Source: Amoebophrya sp. A120 (Eukaryota > Protista > Dinoflagellata). Taken from it: a DNA stretch of 64,000 nt. The stretch's first letter is position 1; each line of letters begins with the position of its first letter. The position numbers and the translations under genes are program-made. Under the pieces are notes generated by a model. It saw only the letters and a program-made list of their open reading frames with translations, was not told the DNA's origin and made no database searches. Of the stretch, positions 1-15,000 are shown one piece after another. The stretch covers positions 407,028 to 471,027 of the forward strand of contig CAJINV010000018.1 of the NCBI GenBank assembly GCA_905178155.1. The letters run 5' to 3'.

Positions 1-3000
1 AGACGCTCATCAGCAAATCTCGCTCCTTCTTCAACCTGCCTAGTTCGATCTCGTCCACATTCACATCTTCATACCGCTCCAAGTAGTCGTCCAGCCGCTC
101 CACGCGTTTCTTGAAAACGTGCCGGAGGTACTGTCAAATGCAAAAGTGTCTGGGTCTGGAAGAATGCAGACTTGTCATGCATATTTTGTATGATGACTGA
201 TGCCTCCAATGCATGATCTAGCAACACAGATTTTTAGAGGGCTTCCTAATGCCTATTTCGCATGAGAAATGCCCTCTCAGCGTAACACAAACTGGAGTCC
301 TGTTGCTGGTCATGCAATACAGATTTTTTTGGAATCCAAAGAAAGCATTACAAGTTGCAATCTTCCAGTAGACCCAGACATTTTTGCAATCCATAGGTAT
401 ACCTGGTTCTGCATTCGGAGCTGATACTCCTTCAATCTCGCCCCCCTCTATCAAAGTGAAAAATCCCCCCTCCCCATATTGAAACGGAGATTTCAGTTGC
501 TGGATTTGTGTACACAGATCAGCTCTGTCTTGCTGTGAGGCACTGCAGACAAAGCCTAAGCCTGTGTAGGTTTGTTTTGATGTAGGTGCTTAGCATAGCA
601 GAGGCATGCCATGTAGCCGCAACAGCAAGACAAATCGCCCGCATAGGCCGTCGGATTCTTTGGATTTGCCCTCTTGCAAGAGCGACAGGATTTGTGGTCA
701 CAAATCAGCATCACAAATTTTTAGGAACATATTGTTCAATATGGGGAGGGGGGATCTTTCCTCACAATAGCCTCGGCTCCTGCACGATGGTCCGGACGAG
801 ATTGTGCTGCGGCTTGAACTATGCACTGCAAATATGTCTGAGTCTGGAAACTTGTGATGCAAGTCAGTCAATAACAAATGCACTGTAATTATGCGCCGCC
901 AAGCATGACAAGTTTTCTCGTGCTTCTGTGTTCTTGCGTATTCCACATGACAGGCGAGAGAAACTGTTTGTGGTCAACACGCAACACAGATTTAAGGGCC
1001 ATGCCAGATCAGCATGTGAAATTTCGCAACCCACCTCCAGACCCAGATCGATGTTTGCATTTCATATGAACAAGTTGTGGTCAGTCAAACCACTCAGGTC
1101 GAAGCTTGTGTATCCTGAGCAAAAATGTCTCCACCCAGAGTTGTCATGCAATTTTGCAGCTACAGGAAGATTTGTAATGCGCATCCCCATGAGAGACATT
1201 TCCAGTCACGTTTTGCACTTTGTAATGCTGTCGACAGGATGAGTAGATGGATTGGTGTTGCGGCTGTACTTGCTCGCCCGCACTACGATACAGAGACGAA
1301 CTTGTCATGCTTGACCCCCAAAACTTCTGGATTTGTGTTGCGAGATATCGCCCATCTTGACTCTGGTGTGGGGACGTTTTTACATAGGATATTGTGGTCG
1401 CCAAATTTACGTGTGCTGCCGCCGTGAAACGCGGAAAAATGGTGCTCGGAACAGCTACAGGCGACTGCTTTTGCTGCCCACCTGCAGCAGATGAAACAGG
1501 AGCACTCCGCTGCGCGAGCGGGACGCTGAGTAACCGCCAGAAGTCGTTTTTCACACCAGGAAGTAAACCACTACCGCCGGGCTTTGCTTGTTCGGCTGAA
1601 GCTGCTGCGCCGGCTCCTTGCGGCAGCGCTGCCGGCTGGCCAGCTCCTGCCAACCGCGCTTCTTCCTCTGCGATCAATGGTTTCATCTGCCGCTCTAGGT
1701 AATATGCATTGCAAATATGTCTGGGTCTGGAAGATTCTGAGACTTGGTTGGTTGGTTGGTTGGGTAGCGCCTGTCGCCGGTGCAGGTCCCGCCCTCCATC
1801 GATTGCGATCCGGAGTAGCCGGAACACAAGGCCCTAGTGGCGCAATCGATCGACGAAGCCCTATGCACGTTTTGCATGAGCCATGATGCACGTTTTGCAT
1901 GAGCCATGATGTCTGTGATGCATGCCCTAGCATCACAGATGTTTTGAGGGCATCTTGATGCCTATGTATTCCGCATGGCAAATGCCCTCTCCGCGTAGCA
2001 AAAATCGCATTCCCTTTGCTGCTCATACAATACAGATTTTTTTGGAATCCAAATGCAGCATCACAAGTTGCATTCTTCCAGAGCCAGACATTTTTGCATT
2101 TGATAAATAAAGCGGGTCGACCAACTGAACTGTGCTGTAAGCCTTGTCAAACAAACCACCGAAGGAATTCACGCAGGCTGGCGCCGCTTTGGACCCGTTT
2201 TCGATCGGGCGGCTGGTGATGTATGCAGTGGAAACAAATATGTCTGGGTCTGGAAGAGTCACGCTGTTTTTGCATGACACAGAAGGTCTGGCATGGAGGA
2301 TCTAGCATCACAGGTCTCGAGAAGCTTCCGCAATGCCGAATTCGCATGACAAATCCCCCATTTTGCTGGTAGAAAGTGGGCAGCTTTTGCTATCAATCTA
2401 TGCATGAGAGATTTTTCTGTGTTCTGAAATGCGCATCACAAGTTTGTGTTCTTCCAGACCCAGACATTTTTGCACTCCATATAATGTGCTTTGCGATCAG
2501 CGGCTCCTGCTCCATGATATGAATTGCAAAAGCATCTTCGCACTAGTGGTAATTGCATTACAAATTACCTCAGTATGAAAAACGGAACTTGTGATGCTGT
2601 TTTATCTTGGGATGGAGATTTGTGATGCACAATTGCAATTACTACGAGTGCCATACGTTTGCAATGCATACATGATCGCCCTCGCGAACTGTTGCAGCAC
2701 CTCCTTCACATCGGTCAAATACGCGATGGGGGCGTAGTTCGTCGTCTCCTCAGTGACGGTCGAAACCGCAGCGTCACCTCCAGTGCCCCCAGGTTGTAGT
2801 TGCTCCCCAGAAGCTCCACCTCCTGCTGTTGCGCCACTGCCACCCGGACTAGAACCGGACAGTAGCGACGCGGCGCTTCGGGTCTGCTCCACGGATTGCT
2901 TTTGCGGAAAGAACTTGTGCCAGGTTTTGTCCTTGTCCAAAACTTTCTGCCAGCAGGGCAACTCTCCTATGAACGCCTCAGGTTGGAAATCCTCAGAGTG

Positions 3001-6000
3001 GAAATAGTTTGTGATGCAGAAAAGCATTCCAGTTGAAGCGCCACTTCTAGGCGGCGCATGACAAATTTCCCGGGCAGCACGCAAAGCATGCCTGTCATGC
3101 TCGTCAACGCAAAGGGGTGCCCAATCCTCGTGCTAATCAGCACTCCTATTCTCAAACCCGTAGCAGGACAGTTGTCGGCTTCCATTGCGGCCTCTGCAAT
3201 ACAGTCTTTTTTGCGTCGCATTTCATGCATCACAAATTATTTCCACGTTGAGGATTTCCATTCTGAGGCGTTCATATCTCCCTCCACAGCGTCGGCCGCG
3301 GCGGCCCCCAGTTTTACTTCGTGCATACCGAAAAATAACAGCCGGAGGTTATTGAGATGAAAAATCCCCCCTCCCCATACTGGAAAGGTATGTTTCTAAA
3401 AATTTGCGCTGCTGATTTGTGGCCACAGATCCTGTCTCTCTTGCAAGAAGACAACTCCACAGGCACAGGCTCTGCCGCATTATGCAAGCGGTTTGTGATG
3501 CTGTTGCGCCTACAGCGTAGACGTTTCTCATGCTAAGTGCCTAGGCCAAAACCTCTCCACTCAGGCTTGGCAGGAGCCTGCAGTCCTCTACTGCAAGACA
3601 AACCTGATTTGTATACGCAAATCCAGCATCAGAAACTTCCGTTTGATATGGGGAGGGGGGATTTTTCCTTTTGATAGAGGTAGTTGTTCAGAGAAGCAGC
3701 GGTTTCGATCGCTTTGCTGCCCATCGGATTGTTATGCCCAGAAGTCCCCCTCGGATTCCTATTCGGTTCCTTCGCGCAGGCCTGGCCGATTTGCTCCAGT
3801 TTCACTTTGGATGCGATGACGTATTGGTGGAACCATTTCAGAAGAAACTCGTCCGTGATCAATTTCGTCAAGTCTTCATTTCTCGTATTTTCGAAAGATC
3901 CCCGTCGCTCGTCCAGCACATACCGGATGAAATGCGATCCGATGGTACTGTCTTCGAAGCTTGCGCGGAAGCTGTTTCGCCGCACTTCGTCCATCCAACT
4001 GAAGCCGAAGATGCTCGCAACCAAGACATATCAAATGCAAAAATGTCTGGGTCTGGAAGGTTGCAACTTGTCATGCTGGATTTGGATTCCACAATAAATC
4101 TGTACTGCATGAACAGCAAAAGAGGCCCAGTTTCTACTGCCGCGGTGAGAGGGCATTTCTCATGCAGTATAGGCATCAGGAAGCCCTCGCAAAATCTGTG
4201 ATGCTGGAGCATGCATCACAGACATCAGGAGTCATGCAAAATGTGCATGACAAACCTTGCACTATTCCAGACCCAGACATTTTTGCATTTGGTAAGACCT
4301 TCGCAGCGGAGCTCTGCTCGATTTGCTTCGCCGCGTCGCTCTGAAAGTCGGACAAAAGCTCCTCGTAGGCTACGTGGCTCTGGATCCTCTCGTGCACGGA
4401 GACGGACTGGTCCTCACAGACAAACAGCCCATCGATGTGATCATTCCTGTATTGGGGTGAATCCGGCCTCAAGGTCGTGCGTATCCTGAGTAAGAGCGTC
4501 CCCATACCAGAGTCAAGATGGAAAATCTGCTAGACAAATCAGGCAACTTTGGTTGGTTCGCATGACAAGTTTGTCCTCGTAGTGTAATCCTATTTAGGTA
4601 GTTCAGCAGCATCACAGATCTAGCATATCATGCAATTTAAATTTATAGCATCACAAATTCCAAAACACCACTAGAAAATGCTTCTCATGTGGCTTCGCAT
4701 GAGAGACTTTTTTGGCATGCAGATTTGCATGACAACGCTGGGGTGGGGATGTTTTTACTCAGAATAGTGCTTCCTGGTTGATCATCTCCCGCATACGGGT
4801 TCTGCAGGGGCTTGCACCGTATCCTGTGCAAAAGTATCGTATTCGGATAAATGCAAGCCTTGCATTACAAATATTTTTCTTAAGGTAAATCAGCATGACA
4901 AATTTCATTTCTCATGCTGAGGAAATTTGTAATGCATTTATACGAGTACGATGCTTTTGCAGTTCATACACCGGCCGTTGGTCGCGACATCGAGAATGTT
5001 GGTGAAGGTCCGCTGCACATTAACTACGCCGTCTTGCAGGTAAAGCGACCCTCTGGTCGGGCAAACCGCCAAAGCGGAGGCGTATCACATAGAAAAAAGC
5101 CGGCGGGGCATATTTGTAATGCAAAAATAAATACACAAAAAAATCTGTATTGCATATCCGAAACAGCATGCTATGAGGCCGCCCATGACAGATTTGTCTG
5201 TGTATCTATTTTTGCATTACAAATATGCCCTGCCAGCTTTTTTCTGTGGGATAAGGCGATGGCGATACCGGGACTGGCTTCGGGGCGGCGTTTCGGGCCG
5301 CCAGTTGTGGTATCAAATGTAAAAATGTCTGGGTCTGGAAGGCGGCAGCTTGTCATGGTAAATCTGAAGCATGCAAAAATCTGTGTTGCATGAGTGCCAA
5401 AAGCTGTCCACTTTTGACCAAGCTGGAAGGGAGTTTCTCATGCAGGTGAGGCATGGCAGAGACCTCGCAGAGCCTGTCATGCTAAGTCCCGCATTCCAGA
5501 CCTCATGGGTCATGGAAAATCTGCAAGTTTGAACTTTTCCAGACCCAGACATTTTTACAATCCATATGTGGTTTCCTGGAGCATCTCATCGAACAACCGG
5601 TCGGCACGCTGCACAAAGGTTTCATCCGAGTTCGTTAGATTCGGTTTGTAATAGGAATACCACATCCGCGAAAGCAAATACCGGTCCGAGATTCGACGCA
5701 TTGGAATCACGAGCGACGGGTTTGTCGCATAAAGAGCTGCGGACTTGCTCCTCGATCCAAGCAGGACCAAAGTCTCCGGGTCGGTCACTGGATTTTTGTT
5801 CACCATTTCCGCATTGACGAGTAGCCTCGCCGCAGTCGTGTCGCGCGTCGCGAGCAACCGGAAGTGCCAGTCGCGGAGCATTTCCTCTAGCTGCTCGAAA
5901 GAGTCCTCCGTAGACATGGGTGGTGGCGGAAAGCGTTTTCCGATGATCTGTCTTTTCGGAATTTCATGCTCGTTTTCCCTTTTCTCCCTCGCTTGCTGCA

Positions 6001-9000
6001 GGACTATTTTCGCCTGTACTTCCTTTCTGTTGATCCTTTGCAAGTTCTCGTTTTCCTTCGTGACAAAGTTCAAAATATCGAAAGGAAAAATCCCCCCTCC
6101 CCATATCGAAAACGAAACTTGTGATGCTGTATTTGAGGTCACAAATCAGATTTGTCTTGCTGGCGAGGACTGCAGGCCCATATCCGGCCTGAGTAGACAA
6201 GTTTTGGCCTGGGCGCTTAGCATGGCAGACGTCTACACTGTAGGAGCAACAGCATGACAAACCGCCTGTAGAATGTGGCGGAGCCTGTAGACTTGCCTTC
6301 ATGCAATACAGCGACGATTTGTGGTCTCAAATCTGCATCACAAATTTTCAGAAGTGTTCCGGTTTGGTATGGGGAGGGGGGATTTTTCCTCACAATACAA
6401 AAGCTCATCCAGATAGTCGATCAACTTGAAAATCTTCTGCAGAGTGCCACTAGGCGTTCCGTCAGCCGCAAACTCGTGACTTACTACCCGGTCCATAAAC
6501 TGGTAGTGCGGGGCTGTTTGCGACACCAGGTCGAAATGCCTTTTCAGAAACCCGGTCGGACCAAGCGCAGCCTTCATTTCAGCGAGGATATTGAGGTAAA
6601 CGTTTTCCAGCTCCGGGTAGTGTGCTTCCAGCACTCCTGCGCCGTGCTCTCCAGCAGCAGCACTAGTGTCAACATCTCTTTGATCGCAAGAAAAAAGTGT
6701 TACAGTTACACATTGTGTTGCAGGAGCCGCAAGACAGACAACCTTTGTCATGCAGGAAATGCTTGCGAGGTTCGTTTTCTACATATTTTCCCTTATGATC
6801 TTTGCATTACAAGTTTTCTCTGCCACACAGAGAAAATCTGTGATGCAGAAACTCCAACAAATGTGTAACTGTAACACTTTTTTCTTGTGATATCTTTGAT
6901 CGAATGGCAACCTCGTGAATGGGTTTAGAATCTCTACCGCATCGTCTTTGCTGAACTGATATCAAATGTGAAAATGTCTGGGTCTGGAAGAATGCGTGAT
7001 TTGTCATGCAGCTTTTCCATGACCCATGAAGCCTGGAATGCAGGACCTAGCATGACAGATTCTGCGCAATCTCTCTCATGCCTTTCCTGCATGAGAAACT
7101 CCCTCCCGACTTGGTCAAAACTGGACGACTTTTGGTAATCATGCAACACAGATTTTTGCATGCTTCAGATATAGCATGACAAGTTGCATTCTTCCAGACC
7201 CAGACACTTTTACATTTGATAACTGAAAAACTCCCTGGCTCCTCGCCAAAGCCGTCAGCTCCGGGTTGGTTTGGAACTCCATCTCCGCTCGATTTTTCAC
7301 CCGGACCGCCGTCTTCAACATCAGGTGCTCTGCGCCCTTGTAGATCTGTTTATCAAGCTGGTTTGAGCTAATAGGCATTGCGTCCTGCAGTCCGCGAGTG
7401 CCAATCCAGGGGGAAGCGGGGCCTCCTGTTTCGCCACCAGCACTTGATGCTTTCTCTTCGGCGGCCGCAGCATCCTGCAACCTCCGCGGCACCATCCCCA
7501 GCGGGTTTGGCTTCGCAATGTCAAGTATCAAATGTAAAAATGTCTGGGTCTGGAAGATTGCAACTTGTCATGCTAAATCTGCAGCATGCAAAAATCTGTG
7601 TTGCATGATTACCAAAAGTCGTCCAGTTTTGACTAAGTCGGGAGGTAGTTTCTCATGCAGGATAGGCATTAGAAAGGTCTCGCAGAATCTGTCATGCGAG
7701 GTCCTGCATTCCAGACCTCATGGGTCATGGAAAAGCAGCATCACAAATCGCGCACTCTTCCAGACCCAGACATTTTTACATTTGATATCAAGAGCATCCT
7801 CTGTAGCCGCGTAGCCCGCCGGATCGTTTTTGTACAAGAGGATCTTAAAGGTCTGCAAGTCCGTGCCCCGCCGTTCCTCCGCCCTGTTGTTCCACAAAAG
7901 CTCTCGAACCAGATTCTCCGGCTGCACCAGAATCTCTGCGGCAGGTTTGTCCGCGGACGTTTTGGCCGTCGGCGACTGGACCAGGACGTGGAAGAGCGAC
8001 TTGTGGAACTCAGGAGACTGGAGAAGTTCTTGTTGCTCTCTAGTACTTCTAGAAGCAGGTTGCTGTCCTCTCGCTGGCGATGTTGCAACCAATTTCTCCG
8101 GATGCAGAATTTCTTTCACCAGTTTCTCGTACTTTTCATTCTGGTATTCGTTTTGATCTTGACGAAAAACCATCCTGTGCAAAACTATCGTACTCGTATT
8201 GCAATCATGCATAATACAAATCTTTTGATTACGGTAAATCCGCATTACAAATTTTATTTCATCTCATGCTGCGGAAGTTTGTAATGCATGTATACGAGTA
8301 CGATACTTTTGCAGTTCATAAAAACCCCAACTAAACCGTATAACCCGCTCAGGTGTTACAATCTCAAACGTTACAATAGAATTTGGAAACCTGTGATGCA
8401 AGAGCGCATGATCTAGCCAACTCTCATAGGATTGCGCATGACAAGTTCTAGAGTCCTAATCCGCACTACAATCTGGCGAAATTTGTATTGCAGAAAGTGG
8501 AATGCTGTCTGAGTCTGTCATACTCATCATGCAACACAAATGCCAGATTCTATTGTAACGTTTGAGATTGTAACATCTGAGCAGGTTATAAACCGCAGAA
8601 CGACGGCTTGGTAGTAGCTGTACCTCGTGGGGAAGTGGTTGTAGTAGCAGGGGCATCAAATGTAAAAATGTCTGGGTCTGGAAGAATGCAAGATTTGTGA
8701 TGCAGGTTTTCCATGACCCACGAGGTCTGGAATGCGAGACCCAGCATGACAGATTCTTTGAGGTCTCTATCATGNNNNNNNNNNNNNNNNNNNNNNNNNN
8801 NNNNNNNNNNNNNNNNNNNNNNNNNNNNNNNNNNNNNNNNNNNNNNNNNNNNNNNNNNNNNNNNNNNNNNNNNNNNNNNNNNNNNNNNNNNNNNNNNNNN
8901 NNNNNNNNNNNNNNNNNNNNNNNNNNNNNNNNNNNNNNNNNNNNNNNNNNNNNNNNNNNNNNNNNNNNNNNNNNNNNNNNNNNNNNNNNNNNNNNNNNNN

Positions 9001-12000
9001 NNNNNNNNNNNNNNNNNNNNNNNNNNNNNNNNNNNNNNNNNNNNNNNNNNNNNNNNNNNNNNNNNNNNNNNNNNNNNNNNNNNNNNNNNNNNNNNNNNNN
9101 NNNNNNNNNNNNNNNNNNNNNNNNNNNNNNNNNNNNNNNNNNNNNNNNNNNNNNNNNNNNNNNNNNNNNNNNNNNNNNNNNNNNNNNNNNNNNNNNNNNN
9201 NNNNNNNNNNNNNNNNNNNNNNNNNNNNNNNNNNNNNNNNNNNNNNNNNNNNNNNNNNNNNNNNNNNNNNNNNNNNNNNNNNNNNNNNNNNNNNNNNNNN
9301 NNNNNNNNNNNNNNNNNNNNNNNNNNNNNNNNNNNNNNNNNNNNNNNNNNNNNNNNNNNNNNNNNNNNNNNNNNNNNNNNNNNNNNNNNNNNNNNNNNNN
9401 NNNNNNNNNNNNNNNNNNNNNNNNNNNNNNNNNNNNNNNNNNNNNNNNNNNNNNNNNNNNNNNNNNNNNNNNNNNNNNNNNNNNNNNNNNNNNNNNNNNN
9501 NNNNNNNNNNNNNNNATTTGTGATGCTGTGAACAGGATGAGCAGATGAATCTGTGATGCGGCTGCACTTGCTAACCTGCACTACACTGCAGAGTGCAACT
9601 TGTCATGCGTGACTCACAAAATCTCCTAGGTTTGTGTTGCAAAATCCCCATCCTGACTCTGGTGTGGGTACGTTTTTACTCAGGATACAGCAACGTGTTT
9701 CTTCAAAGTTTTCGGTAAGTAATCCTTCCGACGGAGAATTTGGATCGGGAACAGTGGCATCTCCGGAATCGCGTTGTCATAGGAAGTGAACCGGAGGAAT
9801 TTTTCCAAAACCTGTCTGTTCGTGATGACTTGGAGCTTTTTCGGTTGTTCCCTGTGTTCCACCTTCTCCCACTGCGGCCCCGTCGGAGCAGAGGTAGAAC
9901 CTCCGACCGACAAAGAGCCTGCAATTCCTCTTTCCCGCAGCTGTGACACGGACTTGTTGCTTTCTTTCAGAAAACTATTACTCGGCTCGAGCAAGCAGCC
10001 CATGTTATGGATTGCAAATATGTCTGGGTGTGGAAGGTGGCAACTTGTCATGGTAAATCTGAAGCATGCAAACATCTGTGTTGCATGAGTGCCAAAAGCT
10101 GTCCACGACTTTTGACCAAGTTGGGAGGTGGGAGTTTCTCATGCAAGATAGGCATGGCAGAGACATTATCGCAGAGTCTGTCATGCTAGGTCCCGCATTC
10201 CAGACCTCAGGGGTTATGGAAAATAAGCATGACAAGTTTACACTCTTTCAGACCCAGACATTTTTGCACTTGATACATGTTGATCGTGTGCAAAATGTGG
10301 ATCGTGTCGCCCTCTTTCAAACCTGCCTTTTTCGCCCAGCCATCGAAGTCGGACACTTTTGTGGTTTGTTGCTCTTTCAACTTCTTGATCAGAATCCGCC
10401 CGTGGTGCTGCGAGAAAAAGTCCTCCAACTCGGGCTTCTGACCCGCGATGTTCGCGATCTTTGGGCTGATACTGATATCGCCGTAGAGCTTCTGCAAATT
10501 CTCCTTGGTCGGCTCTTGAATTCCGTGAATTTGCTGGTCTAGGGAAAAGCTCGTGCCGAAATCGGATACAAACTCAAAGTATCAAGTGCAAAAATGTCTG
10601 GGTCTGGTGGAAGAGTGCCAGACTTGTCACACAGGTTTTCCATGACCCATGAGGTCTGGTATGTAGGACATAGCATGACAGATTCTGTGAGAGTTCTTTC
10701 AGGCCTATCCTGCATGAGAAACTGCCTCTCGATTAGGTCAAAAGTGGACAGCTTTTGGTAGTCATGCAACACAGATCTTTACATGATTCAGATTTAACAT
10801 GACAAGTTGCTATTCTTCCAAACCCAGACATTTTTGCATTTGATACGAAGTCCTCAATTCCGAGGCCAGACAGAAGCTCCGGACCGCTGATAGAAGTACT
10901 TCCCGGGTTGGTATGAAATGCAAATATGTCTGGGTCTGGAACAATGCAAGACTTGTCATGCAGATTTTTCATGACCCATGATGCCTGTAATGCATCACCT
11001 AGCATCACAGATTTTTAGAGGACTTCCTAATGCCTAGTCCGCATCAGAAATGCCCTCTCCATGTAGCACAAACTGGACCACTCTTGCTGATCATGCAACA
11101 CAGATTTTCTTTGAATGCAGAGACAGCATTACAAGTTGCAACCTTCCAGACCTGGACACATTAGCAATGCATAGTTGGTCATCTGTCTTGTGAAATCATA
11201 GGTCAACACGTCGAACTGTTTCTTGAATTCCTCTATCGCAAGAAAAAAGTGTTACAGTCACACATTGTGTTGCAGGCCAAGCAAGACAGACCAGCTCTGT
11301 AATGCCGGATACGCATAGAGGCCTCGTTTCATAGGTGTTTTCCCGTAGGATTTCTGCATTACAAGTTTTCTCTCTCATGCTGAGAAATTTGTGTTGCTGA
11401 ATTGACTACAAATGTGTAACTGTAACACTTTTTTCCTGGGATATCCTCGTCGTAATTCTTACTGTTCTTCATCAAATCTGTCAAAAGACACCGGTTCCCG
11501 AACCGGTTTATTTCGGAATTTATCAAATGTAAAAATGTCTGGGTCTGGAAGATTGCATGGTGGTCATGCTTGTCTGGCATGACTCTTAAATCTGTCATGC
11601 ACGTTGCCCAAGAGCAGCGTTTTTCTGTCATGCGGAGACGCAATTTGTCATGCAGAATAGGCAACACCCACAAGCTCAGAAATTTGTCATGCTGAGCCAG
11701 CACTTGAGGCCTCCTCATGCTACGCCACTCAGCATCACAAGTTTCCAGACCCAGACACTTTTACATTTGATAGAATTTTTATCCTTGTATTCCTCCAACC
11801 CAATCTCGAACTTCTCGAGCTTCTTGTATGGAAGTGTCAGAATCGAAATTGACAAAATCGAAAAATTTGTGATGCAGAAAATCGATACCAGTTGGCTCCT
11901 CAGTTTGTAAGTGGCGCATGACAAATTTCGGGAGCACTCAAATCCAGTCTGTCAAGCTGTTTGGGCAAAGAAGACTGCTCCTGTCATGCTACTGTGGCAG

Positions 12001-15000
12001 CACATTGCATACCCCTAAATAGGCTCACAATCGGTCTCGTTTGCCTGCTCCCCAATACAGGCCTCCAGTGCCCTACATTTTACGCATCACAAATTTTTCG
12101 ACTTTGTCGATTTCGATCCTGACAGTTCCATATCTTGTTGACTTCAACTTCGTTGTTCTTATTCTCCAACAAAAGGCTTTCGCGCGCGCTTTTGCTCATG
12201 AGGGCCAAGGGGAGCTTCTTGTAATTCGTACTGTGGTTCCAAATGGAGGAATAGGAAATTTGCTCCCCGGGAACGCCAGCTTTGCCGGGGCCGGTCTGCT
12301 TCAGCGTTACGGTCTATGAGGGTGCACAACTCCCCCTCCCCCTCAGTTGTATGGCGTGAACAGCAATACAAACACCAATACAGGTGGATGCTGTGCATGA
12401 CAAGTTCATGCACTCAGTATAGTATTGTTTGGGCTTCCTAAATTTGTAATGCAAACAGTGCCAGCACAAGGCAGCAAATGGGTTTGAGAATTTGCATGAC
12501 AAATGAGCAGCCAGGGGGAGGGGCGTTGTGCAGTGTCATACGGTCTGTTTGCTAGTCCAGACCGCACTGTCCGGGTGGCGCCACCCGAGCTCGGCTATAA
12601 CCTGCTCAGGTGTTACAATCCCAAGCGTTACAATAGAGTCTGGAATTTGTGTTGCAAGAAGTGCATTATCTAGCCAACTCTCATAGGATTGCGCATGACA
12701 ATCTGCGGAGTCCCAATCCGCACTACAATCTGGCGAAATTTGTATTGCAGAAAACGGAATGCTGTCCGAGTCTGTCATGCTCATCATGCAATACAAAACC
12801 CAGATTCGATTGTAACACTTGAGATTGGAACGTTAGACGAGGTCATATCGGCGAGAACCAGTTTCTCTTGCCAGGCGTCAGTCTTTTGCGGCTTTTCCGC
12901 GTCGTTGCGCTGCTCTTCGGTAAGATACTATCAACTGCAAAAATGTCTGGGGCTGGAAGAGTCGGGGCTTGTCATGCACATTTTGCATGATTGATCTTCC
13001 GTGAGGTCTGTGATGCTGGTTCTAGCATCACTGATTTTTTGAAATAAGCTTCTTGATGCTGATTACGCATGAGAAATGCCCTGCTCTCTGCGTGCCATGA
13101 GCTGACTCCTCTTGCTGCTCGTCATGCAACACAGACATTTTTGGAATCCGCAAACAGCATTACAAGTTCCACTCTTCCAGACCCAGACATTTTTGCAATG
13201 CATACATACCCCCGCAACGCGATCTTCGTCGCCGTGGCCAGCTCCCACTGCCTATCCCACAGAAAAAAGCGGGCAGGGCATATTTGTAATGCAAAAACAA
13301 ATACACAGAAAGATCTGTCATGGGTGGCCTCATAGCATGCTATTTAGGATATGCAATACAAGTTTTTTTGTCTATTTATTTTTGCATTACAAATATGACC
13401 TGCCAGCTTTTTTCTGTGTGATACTGCCCCGGATAGCCTTTCGACTGTGCTGGAGCGGCGAGAAACTGCCGGTTTCCTTGCTGGGGCTGTTGCGGCGTCT
13501 GCGGCTGCGGCTGCAACTTCCCCATGAGGTGTTGCTTCGGAAAAAGCGGCAACAGCTGCATGCTCTCTGCCGCAACAGCTGCATGCTCTCTTGGTTTCGA
13601 GAAAAATAGACCGAACCGCTCGCCAATGTTGGTAGGCGGTAGGTCCCCTTTGGTTTTCTTGACCAAGCCAGTGTCCGGGCAAAAATCAAATGCGCCGGGC
13701 GTAATAACCTCGTCATGAGTCACCACCCGTCCCTCCAAGGCCACTGCCAGCTTCAGCTCCTTGGAACCGTCCGGTTTCGTCCTGTACACATGTGCCTTTT
13801 CTGGCAGCTGCCCCTCGTGAGCAACAGCTGCATACGTAGTCGTATGGATTGCAAATATCGATCTGGCTGGTCTCAAAGCTTGTGCTGCTGAACTGTTGAT
13901 GATTCAATCACTTCCGAATTTTTATGCAACCAAGAACCATGACTAGAATTTTTGCACAGCGCTTTCTACTCTTCACACGCAGTCCGCATGAGTAGAAACA
14001 AACTGCGTTTTTGGATGACAAAGGGAGCTTCATCCACCGCTGCGACTTCTGGTTTTGTTGGTCATGCAACACAGATTGCACATCAGGACTTCATCTGTAT
14101 GACCAGTAATATTCTAAAAAGTTTTATCAACTTTCCACACCCAGACCAGAAGATAGTATTTGCATTTGATAAGTCCGCAGCAGTTGCAGGGGGCCAGGTC
14201 CGGCAAAGTCCAGTTCCGGGCTGACGTGGTAGTACATCGCGACGCGGTAAAACGCGTCTGTCGCTACCCCGCCCTGGTGGTGCTGCTTCCGAAACAATGG
14301 CTCCCAAAATTGCTTGATCTTGTTGCTCGTCCCCACGGGACCTCTCTTTGCGGTATCAGCAGGGTCCTCCTGCCACCCCACGGTGGGCATCCGGGCGTCC
14401 AGACGCTCCAGCGTGCTCATGTCGGTGATGAAACTGTTCCGTGCGGCATCGAACACCTGCAGGTAGATGTAGGACCCGGTTTGTTGCGAAATGGTGCTCT
14501 CGAGCCCGGTCTCGCTGAAAAACCGTCCCAGACAGGAGTCTTTCATCCTCGCCTTCCCTTTAGGCGAGATAATTTGCGACACTGCAATCGGAAGGGTTTG
14601 GTGGCTTTTCAGGTAATTTTCGTGCCCTGCTGTGTTACTATGTCCGGCGTTCAGCACCGGAAGTTCCGTCTCCAGAAGCCAGGCCTGCCCCAGCATCTCG
14701 GAGACCGTGACGGGCAGACCGAGCGGCTCGCCGCTGTCCTCGCACAGAAACTCGTGCTTTTTCCAGTTCACCGGCAGGAAGTTCGTGTTCTTATCGCCTA
14801 TGTACGGTTTTGTCGCCTGCTGGTCCGCGGTTCTCAGCTCGGGGAGCACCACGTGGGCAATCGGGGCGAGCTTTTGCGGACTGAACCCTAGCCAGTTGCG
14901 CTGCAGGTCCCATCGCGGTTCGCGCAGGAGCAGCAGGCGGCCTGGTTGCAGCTTGTTTGTCTTCAACTGGGAAATTGGCGGCTCCGGTCCATAATTTTGA

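Noticed and set aside
8586-9581. Long ORFs spanning the N-runs (also 28618-29630)
   Set aside because: Artefacts of assembly gaps.
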